Assembly (NCBI GenBank): GCA_905205065.1
Contig: CAJLCI010000005.1
Location: 1,813 to 65,812, forward strand
DNA from: an uncultured Eubacteriales bacterium
Lineage (GTDB): Bacteria > Bacillota > Clostridia > Oscillospirales > CAG-272
DNA length: 64,000 nucleotides
Direction: 5' to 3'
Made by a program: the position numbers and the translations under genes. Below the pieces are notes generated by a model. That model was given only the letters and a program-made list of their open reading frames with translations. It had not been told where the DNA came from and ran no database searches. Positions within the stretch are counted from its first letter, which is position 1; each line of letters begins with the position of its first letter. Below, piece by piece: positions 44,654 to 54,276 of the stretch.

Positions 44654-45250
44654 ATGAAAAAATTATCTTTTCTCAATCTATGTTGTATTTTGATTAGTAC
44701 TCTACTTTTGGGGGCGTGTTCGGCAATAAAAGACGAAATTTATAATTCTATTTTTATAAATGAACAAGAGCTTGCACATAATAAAACCGAACAATTATTG
44801 AAGGCTATTGAAAATAAAGATAAGGATAGCATTAAACAGATGTTTTCAAAAGCTGTAATATCTGAGGGAGAAATATTTGACGAAGAGATAGATATGCTAT
44901 TTGAATATTTTCGCGGAGAAGTGAAAAATGTTATTGATGCAAGTTGTGTAGGATCTGGGGAACTCGGAGAGGAAGGCAGTATAAAAATTGCAGATTTTCA
45001 AAGCGTAGTAACGACGACGGAGGATAAATATGTACTTACAACGAGATACTATATTTCTGATACTGTTACTCGTGATAGAGTTGGAATATATTCCTTTAAT
45101 ATTTTAAATCTTGAAGAATATCGAAAATATGATAAACCGGAGAAACAAGAAAATATAGAGTATGAGCCCGGAATAAACTTTAGTTATATAAAGCAATGGG
45201 CAGATTATCATGGTATAGGTATTGCAGAATATGGTAAAGAAAATTCATAG
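44654..45250 (+). CDS. Lipoprotein (DUF5104-like), possible orphan immunity protein
   Basis: Lipobox LLLGACS; KQMFSKAVISEGEIFDEEIDMLFEYFRGEV resembles DUF5104 (memory-based). Confidence 0.55.
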   Translation: MKKLSFLNLCCILISTLLLGACSAIKDEIYNSIFINEQELAHNKTEQLLKAIENKDKDSIKQMFSKAVISEGEIFDEEIDMLFEYFRGEVKNVIDASCVGSGELGEEGSIKIADFQSVVTTTEDKYVLTTRYYISDTVTRDRVGIYSFNILNLEEYRKYDKPEKQENIEYEPGINFSYIKQWADYHGIGIAEYGKENS

Positions 45251-45364
45251 AATATTTTATTATTTGTCAAAAGAAACATGTGTAAATTTTGTATAATTTT
45301 ATATAAATTGACAAATAATTTTCACTTTAAGTTTATATAAATTATAAAATATTTCACGTGGTTT

Positions 45365-45400
45365 ATGGCTGCTCTATAATTGAGTAGCCACAATTTTTTA
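45365..45400 (+). terminator. Terminator closing the Rhs locus; sequence-related to the 41348 terminator
   Basis: UGGCUGCUC-uauaauu-GAGUAGCCA followed by CAAUUUUUUAU. It shares the UUAUGGCUGCUC...UUGAG..GCCA module with 41345-41385. Confidence 0.6.
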
Positions 45401-45881
45401 TATTCTCTTTTAGAAAGATGATGGATAGCGATGGTAGTGTGACCGTACCAAATTAGGTTATATAATTGATATTACCTGTTAGTTGTCTTTATATTTTTGA
45501 GTTTTGTTATGTTTTACAGATATATTTTTAAGAGTAATTTTATTGAAAAATGTAAGTAATACAACCAATACACCAATTTCTATTACTCTTAGTCTTTCTT
45601 GTTAAAACTGTAAATATTAAGTACGTCTAATAGCACTAAAATTAAGGTTAACTGGGAAACAAGAAACCAACATATACATTTTAATAGTCTTTTCGACGTT
45701 TCTTTTTAGTGAATTTCTTTGAATTTTTGATAGCCATACTAATATCGTTGCTTATATTTTTATTGGAGTTTATTCTTATTGATTTTTTAATGGACAATGT
45801 GGGATCGATAAGATACTGAGAAATGAATATAAACCGGCATAAATCCATATTTAGATATGTTTATTGTAAAAATAAAAGCAC

Positions 45882-45931
45882 CTATTGAAAAGGACCTTTG
45901 TTCCAAAGGTTATTTTCAATAGATGTTTTTT
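45882..45931 (-). terminator. Terminator of the XRE-family gene (bidirectional hairpin)
   Basis: CTATTGAAAAGGACCTTTG-ttc-CAAAGGTTATTTTCAATAG with T-runs on both sides. Confidence 0.65.
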
Positions 45932-45945
45932 TATTTATAATAAGG

Positions 45946-46317
45946 TCAGTATCTGACAAATCCCACGGTTCCGTTTAAAACATCAATAATTATGATTAGT
46001 ATTAAACTAAGGATTAAAATACCACATAATATAATGAGAAGTTTTATGTACCAATTCTTTTCGGATATAACCTTTTCATAAAGTTTAATAAGCGGAGACG
46101 TATCGTCGTTATTGGTCTTAATATCATTTTCAAAGACCGAATCAAGGGAACCACCCATTGCTTTTACAATAGCATAAATGGAATCGAAAGAAGGGTTATC
46201 GGTCTGACCGGACAGAATTCGGCTTATCGTACTTTCGGGAATTCCGCTCTTTTCCGATATTTGTTTTGTTGTTAGTTTAGACTCATCCTTTAATTTCTTT
46301 AATGTTTCTGCTTTCAT
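45946..46317 (-). CDS. XRE-family HTH regulator with C-terminal TM anchor
   Basis: HTH LTTKQISEKSGIPESTISRILSGQ. C-terminal helix YIKLLIILCGILILSLILIIIIDVL. Start at ATG 46317. Confidence 0.75.
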   Translation of the reverse strand: MKAETLKKLKDESKLTTKQISEKSGIPESTISRILSGQTDNPSFDSIYAIVKAMGGSLDSVFENDIKTNNDDTSPLIKLYEKVISEKNWYIKLLIILCGILILSLILIIIIDVLNGTVGFVRY

Positions 46318-46611
46318 AAAAATACCAACTTGCAATATGTATTTAATTAAAAATCGTGTAAATACTTACCTTTCAGCGTATGTAAAATACGAAAATGAAA
46401 TTATATTTGCAATTATGAAACCGAAAATTGCATTCATGCAAGTGTATTTCATATTTGCGTATTTACAATATGTAATTAATGCGTTATAATTGTGTCAAAC
46501 AATTACTTATATATTATACTATATTTAAAAATATTTTGCAATATCTAAGTTCATTGTCAGATAAAAAATCTGGAAAAAAATCTATTTCAATCCATTATTA
46601 GGAGTATTAAA

Positions 46612-46917
46612 ATGAAAAATTCTAAAATTTGCAGATTTATCAACAGCTATTCAGAAATTAAAGGACTGCAAGAATGCCGTGCAGTTATATACTGCGCAGA
46701 GTTAGTATCTGAAGGAGTATACATGTCGGTAACACAAGAAAGTAAATCAGGTACGCTGATAGAAAATTGTATTTGTAAGTCGGCTACTTTTGAATTTATT
46801 ACAGACCTTTTAAAGTATATAAGTGAAAACAGAATTGATCTTGGCTGTTGGTATGGTGTGCTTGACGATATGAATATAGAGTATTCAATTTGCAGCGAAA
46901 TTCCTAATATGGCTTAG
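46612..46917 (+). CDS. hypothetical small Cys-rich protein divergent from the XRE gene
   Basis: 101-aa ORF with a GGAG RBS; no motif recognised. Confidence 0.45.
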   Translation: MKNSKICRFINSYSEIKGLQECRAVIYCAELVSEGVYMSVTQESKSGTLIENCICKSATFEFITDLLKYISENRIDLGCWYGVLDDMNIEYSICSEIPNMA

Positions 46918-46954
46918 AATTGCATTTGTTTCAATAATAATAGTTAGACAAACA

Positions 46955-47008
46955 ATAAAAAACAGCACAATGCAGCCACTAAAACGGCAGCAAATGTGCT
47001 GTTTTTAA
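46955..47008. terminator. Bidirectional terminator between convergent genes
   Basis: AACAGCACA...TGTGCTGTT stem (46961-46969 / 46995-47003), flanked by an A-run and a T-run. Confidence 0.6.
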
Positions 47009-47013
47009 TTCAT

Positions 47014-48243
47014 TCAGCTGCTTCCTAATTTTTTTCTAAAATCATGGTAATCAAAATTTGTAAGTTTTACAAGCTGTCCGCTAAAATTTCTTTTCCATAT
47101 GTCCGGAAGCGGAATTCCGTTAAAAGTATTATTTTTGCATGTCGAATATATTGCCATATCTCCAAAAATCAAAATATCGTTTTCATGAAGTTCACGCGGA
47201 AAATTATAGTCTCCGATTATATCGCCTGCGAGGCAGGTAGGACCAGCCAGACGGTATAAAAAAGCAGAATTATTTGTTCTCTCCTGACTCCCGGCGTTTT
47301 CGGCGCCGTAGAGAGGCGGTGTATACGGCATTTCAATAACGTCCGGCATATGGCAGGCTGCGCTTGTATCAAGAATTGCAATCCGATAACTGTCATTTTG
47401 AACTATATCAAGTACACGGCATACCAAATATCCTGCATTTAACGCACACGCTTCTCCCGGCTCAAGGTATACTTTCACATCCCACTTTGTCTTAGCTTCC
47501 TCTATACATTGTTCTAACAACGGCATATTATAGTCTGCACGGGTGATGTGATGTCCTCCACCCATATTAAGCCATTTCATTCCGGGAAGTATATCTCCGA
47601 ATTTTTTGTTTACGGCGTCTAAAGTTTTTCTGAGCGCGTCTGAATTCTGCTCGCAGAGAGTGTGAAAGTGGAGACCGTCCAAAAGTCCGATCAGTTCATC
47701 ATTCATTTCACGCTCCCACTGCATTCGGGTAGTACCGAGACGGCTTCCCGCAGCGCATGGATCGTATATCTCATGTTCTTTTTGCGTGGAACATTCCGGA
47801 TTTATACGAAGACCTATACTTTTTCCCGAATGCTTTGCTTTGGCTCCGAATTTTTTAAGCTGACCGGGAGAATTGAACACAATATGATCAGCGTAATTCA
47901 TAAGCTCGTCAAATTCTTTGTTTTGATATGCCGCGCAGAAAACATGCACCTCTTTATCGGGCATTTTTTCCGCACCGAGTCTTGCTTCAAATAATCCGCT
48001 TGCTTCCGTACCGCTGAGATATTGAGACAAAAGCGGATAAAAGTCGTAATTTGAGAAAGCCTTTTGGGCAAGTAAAATACTGCATTCTGTTTTTTTTATG
48101 ACGGAAGCAAGAATTTCACAGTTTTTACGGAGACCAGCTTCGTCTATAACATAACAGGGAGTAGGAATATTTCCGAAAAGCGATTCCGGAGTTTTGCCCT
48201 CAAGCATAGCAAAGGGCGGACGATTATCTGTAATTTTATTCAT
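47014..48243 (-). CDS. nspC: Carboxynorspermidine/carboxyspermidine decarboxylase
   Basis: TPCYVIDEAGLRKNCEIL...LLAQKAF...SGTEASGLFEARLG...HIVFNSPGQL is typical of the NspC (CANSDC) family. Confidence 0.85.
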   Translation of the reverse strand: MNKITDNRPPFAMLEGKTPESLFGNIPTPCYVIDEAGLRKNCEILASVIKKTECSILLAQKAFSNYDFYPLLSQYLSGTEASGLFEARLGAEKMPDKEVHVFCAAYQNKEFDELMNYADHIVFNSPGQLKKFGAKAKHSGKSIGLRINPECSTQKEHEIYDPCAAGSRLGTTRMQWEREMNDELIGLLDGLHFHTLCEQNSDALRKTLDAVNKKFGDILPGMKWLNMGGGHHITRADYNMPLLEQCIEEAKTKWDVKVYLEPGEACALNAGYLVCRVLDIVQNDSYRIAILDTSAACHMPDVIEMPYTPPLYGAENAGSQERTNNSAFLYRLAGPTCLAGDIIGDYNFPRELHENDILIFGDMAIYSTCKNNTFNGIPLPDIWKRNFSGQLVKLTNFDYHDFRKKLGSS

Positions 48244-48346
48244 CAGTATAGCAATACCTTTTTGTATACTAAAGTCTTGTCCTTACTTTGAATTGCCGAA
48301 AAAATGACCTGAACAGAACGTGATGTAACCTATCTTATTGTTGTAT

Positions 48347-49609
48347 TCAGGATTCTACTAATACCGGATTACGGTTTTCTCTACGTGGGAGTCCGTATTT
48401 GTCGAGAGCGTCGAGAAACGGATCCGGATCAAACTCTTCTACCGTATAAACGCCCGACTTACTCCATTTTCCGGTCAGCATCATAAGAGCGCCGCACATT
48501 GCCGGTACGCCTGTTGTATAGCTGATTGCCTGGCTGCCTACCTCTTTATAGCATTCCTGATGATCGCATACATTATAAATATAATAATTCTTGGTTTCGC
48601 CGTCTTTTTTGCCTGTAAAAATACAGCCGATGTTTGTCTTTCCGTGTGTACGCGGACCGAGGCTTGCAGGATCAGGGAGTAACGCTTTTAAAAACTTAAT
48701 CGGGACTATTTCCCGTCCTTCAAAGTTTACCGGCACCGTTGAAAGCATACCGACATTTTCAAGACATTTCATATGCGTAAGATAACTTTGACCGAATGTC
48801 ATAAAAAACCGTATTCTTTTAACTTCGGGAATATTTAAAGCTATAGATTCAATTTCTTCATGATGCAGCAGATACATGTCCTTGTTTCCGACACAGTCGA
48901 AATTGTATTCACGCTTTATGCTCATTGCGGGAATTTCAATCCAATGCCCGTTCTCCCAATAGCTTCCGGGTGCGGAAACTTCCCTAAGATTTACTTCGGG
49001 GTTAAAGTTTGTTGCAAACGGGTATCCGTGATCTCCGCCGTTGCAGTCGAGAATATCAATTGTATCGATTGTATCAAACTCATGTTTTTTTGCGTATGCA
49101 CAGTAAGCTTGGGTAACGCCGGGATCAAAGCCGCAGCCAAGTAATGCGGTAAGTCCGGCCTTTTCAAATTTTTCACGGTACGCCCACTGCCAGCTGTAAT
49201 CAAAATATGCAGAAAATCCCTTTTCTCTGCACCTTTGTTCATAAATTTTTCTCCACTCAGGATCATCTGTGTCTTCAGGCTCATAATTCGCCGTGTCCAT
49301 ATAATTTACGCCACAGGCAAGACATGCATCCATTATAGTAAGATCCTGATAGGGAAGAGCTATATTCATTACAAGCTCCGGCTTATAATCGTTTATAAGT
49401 TTTATCAGCTGATTAATATCGTCTGCATCTACCTGCGCTGTTGAAATTTTTGTATTTGTTTTGTCTGCAAGCTCAGATGCAAGCTTATCGCATTTTGATT
49501 TGGTTCGGCTCGCAATGCACAGCTCTGTAAATACGTCGCTGACCTGACAGCATTTTTTTATGGCGACGGAGGCAACGCCCCCACACCCGATCACTAATAC
49601 TCTGCTCAT
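48347..49609 (-). CDS. Saccharopine-dehydrogenase-family carboxynorspermidine/carboxyspermidine dehydrogenase (synthase)
   Basis: Rossmann N-terminus MSRVLVIGCGGVASVAIKKC...IASRTKSKC. Adjacent to nspC. Start at ATG 49609. Confidence 0.8.
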   Translation of the reverse strand: MSRVLVIGCGGVASVAIKKCCQVSDVFTELCIASRTKSKCDKLASELADKTNTKISTAQVDADDINQLIKLINDYKPELVMNIALPYQDLTIMDACLACGVNYMDTANYEPEDTDDPEWRKIYEQRCREKGFSAYFDYSWQWAYREKFEKAGLTALLGCGFDPGVTQAYCAYAKKHEFDTIDTIDILDCNGGDHGYPFATNFNPEVNLREVSAPGSYWENGHWIEIPAMSIKREYNFDCVGNKDMYLLHHEEIESIALNIPEVKRIRFFMTFGQSYLTHMKCLENVGMLSTVPVNFEGREIVPIKFLKALLPDPASLGPRTHGKTNIGCIFTGKKDGETKNYYIYNVCDHQECYKEVGSQAISYTTGVPAMCGALMMLTGKWSKSGVYTVEEFDPDPFLDALDKYGLPRRENRNPVLVES

Positions 49610-49655
49610 TTTTATGACCATTCCTTTCAATGTATAATATATACGTTTGGTAGGT

Positions 49656-50534
49656 TTATTTGCTCAATGCCAAAATCAATTCCCGGAGAATCTTGCATGC
49701 GGTTGCCGTAGAAACTCCGCTGTTATCAAGTGCGGGGGCGAGTTCGTTTATATCTGCTCCGACTACTTTAGTCTCACAAACCTTGAATATTGCTTCGATA
49801 AGCTCTTTAAAAGTGATTCCTCCCGCTTCCGGTGTACCTGTACCGGGAAAAGCCGACGAATCAAGGCAGTCAAGATCTATAGTAAAGTATACCGGAGTAC
49901 CGGATATCTTCAGGCTTTGCGTCAGTGTATCAAGCCCTTTAAGATTAAACAGTGTCATATCGGTATGTTCTCTTGCAAACTGAAATTCGCTTCGATCTCC
50001 GCTTCGTATACAAAACTGATGAATCCGTCCGTCTCCTGTCAGTTCGTAAACGCGTCTCATCACGCATGCGTGGCTTAATTCGGCTCCGAGATAATCACTG
50101 CGCAGATCGGCATGCGCGTCGAATTGTATTATGTGCAAATCCGGATACTTTCTTGCAACCGCATTTACCGAAGCCAGCGTAACAAGGTGTTCGCCTCCTA
50201 TTAAAAGAGGAAATTTTCCGTCTTCAAGAATTTGCGAAGCTCTTTCTTCAATATCATGAAGGGCAAGCTCTGTGCGTCCGAAGCACAGCTCCAAGTCGCC
50301 GCTGTCAAAAACACTATAATCGCACAAATCTTTGTTTTGATACGGACTGTACGTTTCAAGACCGAAGCTTTCATGACGGATTGCAGACGGACCAAATCTC
50401 GCGCCCGGCCGAAAACTTGTAGTAGAATCAAACGGAGCGCCGAACAAAACAATATCAGAATTTTCGTAATTGCCCTCGCAGCCTATGAATGTTTCAACAT
50501 TAGGTTTCAGCATATTTTTATAAATTCCTTTCAT
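49656..50534 (-). CDS. speB: Agmatinase-family ureohydrolase
   Basis: Mn-binding motifs GGEHLVT, QFDAHADLR, TIDLDCLD, GTGTPEAGG. Confidence 0.85.
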   Translation of the reverse strand: MKGIYKNMLKPNVETFIGCEGNYENSDIVLFGAPFDSTTSFRPGARFGPSAIRHESFGLETYSPYQNKDLCDYSVFDSGDLELCFGRTELALHDIEERASQILEDGKFPLLIGGEHLVTLASVNAVARKYPDLHIIQFDAHADLRSDYLGAELSHACVMRRVYELTGDGRIHQFCIRSGDRSEFQFAREHTDMTLFNLKGLDTLTQSLKISGTPVYFTIDLDCLDSSAFPGTGTPEAGGITFKELIEAIFKVCETKVVGADINELAPALDNSGVSTATACKILRELILALSK

Positions 50535-50547
50535 CCGAATTCAAAAA

Positions 50548-51399
50548 CTATTCGACCTCTTCCAGCATATTTTCAAGAAAAGCAGGAAGATAAAATGCTC
50601 CGACATGCAATTTGGTAGTGTAATATTGCGTGCGCAGATTCAGCGACATCCATTTTTTTGCATCAAGGTCGTCTATTGGGTGATATTTTTTACTTGCAAA
50701 TCCGAAGAGCCAATAACCCGCGGCGTATGTCGGAATGTGCGCCTGATATACTCTGCTTATAGGAAAGGTACTTGCAATCCGCTTATGGCTTCTCTGCATT
50801 GCTTCCGCGTCATGCTTATAGAAGGGACTCCCTTGCTGATTCACCATAATTCCGTCTTCGCGCAGGGCATTATAACAAATACCGTAAAACTCACGGGTAA
50901 AATAGCCCTCGGAGGGACCGAAAGGATCGGTGGAGTCTACTATAATTAGATCGTATTGATCCTTGCACCGCCTTATAAATCTCAGCGCATTGTCAAAATA
51001 TATATTCACTCTGCTGTCGTCAAGGCGACAGGCGTTTTCCGGAAGATATGTCCGGCATGCCTCTACAACCTGCGGATCCATTTCGACAAGGTCAATACGT
51101 ATTATTTTATCGTATCTTGCAAGCTCTCTGACCACTCCTCCGTCTCCGGCGCCTATCACCAATACGTCAGTTATACCAGGGTGTACGGCCATGGGAACAT
51201 GTGTTATCATTTCATCGTATATAAATTCATCGCGTTCTGTAAGCATGACATTTCCGTCAAGCGCCAATACACGGCCGAATTCAGGAGTGTCAAAAATATC
51301 AATTTGCTGAAAATCGCTTTCCTTAGAGTACAGATGCTTATTAACACGGATACTGTGCTTTACATCCGGCGTGTGAAATTCGCTGAACCATAATTCCAA
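50548..51399 (-). CDS. speE: Spermidine synthase-family aminopropyltransferase
   Basis: MELWFSEFHTP...VLVIGAGDGGVVRE...IIVDSTDP. Confidence 0.85.
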   Translation of the reverse strand: MELWFSEFHTPDVKHSIRVNKHLYSKESDFQQIDIFDTPEFGRVLALDGNVMLTERDEFIYDEMITHVPMAVHPGITDVLVIGAGDGGVVRELARYDKIIRIDLVEMDPQVVEACRTYLPENACRLDDSRVNIYFDNALRFIRRCKDQYDLIIVDSTDPFGPSEGYFTREFYGICYNALREDGIMVNQQGSPFYKHDAEAMQRSHKRIASTFPISRVYQAHIPTYAAGYWLFGFASKKYHPIDDLDAKKWMSLNLRTQYYTTKLHVGAFYLPAFLENMLEEVE

Positions 51400-51502
51400 T
51401 TTTACTTCCTCCGTACCGCTTTCCGGCTAATTAAGACAAGACTATACAGACTTGACAAATTTGACAGACTGTACAGACTTGGCAAACTTTACAGCATTGT
51501 TT

Positions 51503-52969
51503 TTATTTTAATACGTTGATATTCAGAATATCCGGATCCTCAGGACCTGTCATAGAACAGCCTTTAGCCTTAGCGTATTCTATGTAGTCAAGAATTTCCG
51601 AGGTAATTCGTTCACCCGGCGCGAGAATCGGAATTCCCGGAGGATAACACATAACGAATTCACTGCATACGCATCCCAGACTGTCCCTGAGAGGAAGACT
51701 TTTTTTATCAGCGTAAAAAGCGTCCTGCGGGCTTGCGACAACCTCAGGAGCTATATACTCCTGGCTCAGAAGTCCGCTGCTGTCGGTTTGATACAGACGT
51801 CTGATTTCAGCAAGTGCGCTTACCAAGCGTTCCAGCTCCTGAGGACGATCTCCGATTGATAAATATGCAAGGATATTTCCAATATCTCCGAATTCGATCT
51901 GAATATCGTATTCATCGCGCAGTATATCATATACTTCGATTCCGGCAAGACCGATATCACGTGTATGAACGCTGAGCTTTGTAGGATCAAAGTCAAAAAT
52001 GGAATTTCCGTTTATAAGCTCTTTTCCGAAGGCATAATATCCTCCTATTGCATTTATTTCTTCGCGCGCGTAATCTGCCATGCGGATAACTCTTGCAAAT
52101 ACTTCTTTGCCGCGCAGAGCAAGATTTCTTCTGCTGATATCAAGACTTGACATCAGCAAATAGCTTCCTGACGTGGTTTGTGTAAGATTTATAATCTGAC
52201 GAACATGTCCCTTGCTTATATTCGGGCCTATCAGCAAAAGACTCGACTGCGTAAGGCTTCCTCCGCTTTTATGCATAGATACCGCCGCCATGTCTGCCCC
52301 GGCTTTCATAGCGGATACGGGCATATTGTCTCCGAAATAGAAATGAGTTCCATGCGCTTCATCTGCCAAAACATACATATTCGCATCGTGAGCCATCTTT
52401 ACAATCGCGCTTATGTCACTGCATATGCCGTAATACGTCGGATTATTTACAAGAATAGCCACTGCATCTGGATTTTCTTTGATCGCTTTGGCAACCTGTT
52501 CACGCTGCATTCCGAGAGAAATGCCGAGATTTCTATCTACCTCCGGATTCACGTATACCGGTACGGCTCCGCAGAGAACAAGGGCATTAATGACGCTTCT
52601 GTGGACATTTCTCGGAAGAATTATTTTATCTCCTCTTTTACAGACGGACAAAACCATGCTTTGAACCGAACTTGTTGTTCCACCTACCATCAGAAATGCG
52701 TAAGCTGCCCCGAAAGCGTCTGCGGCAAGAATCTCGGCTTCCTGAATGACGGAAATCGGATGACACAAATTGTCAAGGGGTTTCATGCTGTTTACATCTA
52801 TACTGACGCATTGCGCTCCGAGGAATGCCGTGAGCTCGGGATTTCCTCTGCCGTGCTTATGTCCGGGAACATCGAAAGGAACTACCCTCATTTCACGAAA
52901 GGTCTGCAGAGCTTCATAAATGGGCGCTCTGTTTTGATTTATATTGAACTTTTCCTTTTCCATTTCCAT
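51503..52969 (-). CDS. speA: PLP-dependent Orn/Lys/Arg decarboxylase family (arginine decarboxylase-type)
   Basis: PLP-lysine motif SMHKSGGSLTQ; PGHKHG near the N-terminus; first gene of the operon. Confidence 0.8.
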   Translation of the reverse strand: MEMEKEKFNINQNRAPIYEALQTFREMRVVPFDVPGHKHGRGNPELTAFLGAQCVSIDVNSMKPLDNLCHPISVIQEAEILAADAFGAAYAFLMVGGTTSSVQSMVLSVCKRGDKIILPRNVHRSVINALVLCGAVPVYVNPEVDRNLGISLGMQREQVAKAIKENPDAVAILVNNPTYYGICSDISAIVKMAHDANMYVLADEAHGTHFYFGDNMPVSAMKAGADMAAVSMHKSGGSLTQSSLLLIGPNISKGHVRQIINLTQTTSGSYLLMSSLDISRRNLALRGKEVFARVIRMADYAREEINAIGGYYAFGKELINGNSIFDFDPTKLSVHTRDIGLAGIEVYDILRDEYDIQIEFGDIGNILAYLSIGDRPQELERLVSALAEIRRLYQTDSSGLLSQEYIAPEVVASPQDAFYADKKSLPLRDSLGCVCSEFVMCYPPGIPILAPGERITSEILDYIEYAKAKGCSMTGPEDPDILNINVLK

Positions 52970-52992
52970 ATTTATCGTCCTGCCTTTCTCGT

Positions 52993-53025
52993 AAAAAAAC
53001 GCAAGCTGTAATTACACAGCTTGCG
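52993..53025 (-). terminator. Intrinsic terminator inside the polyamine-operon leader (attenuator)
   Basis: Minus strand reads CGCAAGCUGU-guaauu-ACAGCUUGCG (perfect 10 bp) followed by UUUUUUU. It ends ~24 nt before the speA ATG. Confidence 0.8.
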
Positions 53026-53384
53026 ATAACATCACGACAGCATTATGATTATTTTGTGTCTGCTTACAGAATACAGATAATACGATAATCATAATAGGCA
53101 CCTATGGAAAAGAAAAAACAAGGCAGGGCGATATTGTTAGGTACATAGAGTCTATATAGCAATAATACTTTTACTACTCTTTATTGACCGTTTCACAAGT
53201 CTGCGTAAATGCGCATTTCGGTTATAAAGTAACCAACTTATAAAATTTGAGCTTTTAACTCAATCAATAAGGCGGCAAACCGCCGGTTGGCAGCGAACAA
53301 ACGTTCGTATGGCCTCAACTCATTTAATGAGTGACCCGTAATAATCGCTTGGAAAGACTCCATGTGAAAATTAATGTGTCATAT
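53026..53384 (-). promoter_or_regulatory. Long 5' leader of the polyamine operon (unclassified riboswitch/attenuator candidate)
   Basis: Lies between a consensus promoter and the attenuator terminator. It contains several local hairpins (e.g. GGCGG-uuug-CCGCC). I found no T-box, lysine or guanidine riboswitch core. Confidence 0.4.
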
Positions 53385-53413
53385 ATTATACAATATTCAT
53401 CATATTTTGTCAA
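53385..53413 (-). promoter_or_regulatory. Consensus sigma-A promoter of the polyamine operon
   Basis: Minus strand reads TTGACA - 17 nt - TATAAT. Confidence 0.7.
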
Positions 53414-53488
53414 TAGCTCTGATACAATCAAATAGAAAAAATTTATGCTTTTTTCTGCAAAAGTATGTTATTAATGTTTAAAATTAGC

Positions 53489-54010
53489 TTATCTTGTGAT
53501 CCGATTAATTATTCCGCATGCAATTTTTGCGCCGGAATTTCCTGATGGCTGCGTCGTAAAATCATCCGGATTGTCGTGAATTATAATTGTTTTTCCGATG
53601 ACATTGTCTAAAGAAAAACGATTTGTCAGGAAAAGAGAGAGTGCGAAACCGTTGTTGCCGAACAGGGGCGGAAGGTCACCTGCATGATACGTGTGATTGC
53701 ATCCGTTCGGATTATAATGCGCCATTGCATTTGAAAAGGGATCGTTCATATTTCCGCTGCAGGATGTGCCCTCATGAATATGAAAACCGAATATGCGGCT
53801 GTTACAATTGGATTTTGCTTTGGGCAGGCCTCTGATTTCAGCGTAGACAATTACTCCGGCGTCCGTCTGATAAAACCTGACAACACCGGATATTTCCGGC
53901 TGTGATTCGCTTCCCTTGACGAAAGCCACTGCCTGTGGACGGCCTCTTAGAATAGGAAAAAGCGGAAACTGTATGTTATTATCCCAAAATCTGTTGTTCA
54001 TTAAATTCAC
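53489..54010 (-). CDS. sodC: Cu/Zn superoxide dismutase family protein (no signal peptide)
   Basis: Metal ligands are conserved: FHIHE, AHYNP, HTYHAGDLP, IIIHDNPDD, and C-terminal GAKIACGII. Confidence 0.8.
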   Translation of the reverse strand: MNLMNNRFWDNNIQFPLFPILRGRPQAVAFVKGSESQPEISGVVRFYQTDAGVIVYAEIRGLPKAKSNCNSRIFGFHIHEGTSCSGNMNDPFSNAMAHYNPNGCNHTYHAGDLPPLFGNNGFALSLFLTNRFSLDNVIGKTIIIHDNPDDFTTQPSGNSGAKIACGIINRITR

Positions 54011-54169
54011 CGTACCTTTATATTTATATATAGATTTTCTTTCTGCGCCAATTGATAAAATTATGATATGGGCAGTAATCTATATGTCATTTTATGCGAA
54101 TTAAAATAAAGAGTGATTTTTTGTTAATTCAAATTTATAATATAAATATTAATTAAATTAAAAAAAGAG

Positions 54170-54198
54170 TTGACAAATAAAATAATAAATTATATAAT
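54170..54198 (+). promoter_or_regulatory. Consensus sigma-A promoter (plus strand)
   Basis: TTGACA - 17 nt - TATAAT. Confidence 0.6.
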
Positions 54199-54276
54199 AA
54201 GAAACAGCAAAAGAAAGTATCCCATAAATTATCTGTATATAATGCAGCAGTATTATATAATTTGGAGATATTTGTC

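Noticed and set aside
45480-45760. Series of tiny minus-strand ORFs (MAIKNSKKFTKKKRRKDY*, MYMLVSCFPVNLNFSAIRRT*, ...IEIGVLVVLLTFFNK...) that could be a decayed small membrane-protein gene
   Set aside because: The reading frame is broken by several stops and frame changes. There is no RBS and no recognisable family. It is recorded only as possible degraded DNA at the end of the Rhs locus.
53026-53384. Calling the polyamine leader a T-box, lysine (L-box) or guanidine/ykkC riboswitch
   Set aside because: I looked by eye for the T-box core (GGUGGUACCGCG-like), L-box and ykkC conserved cores and did not find them. Without a covariance-model scan no class can be assigned.
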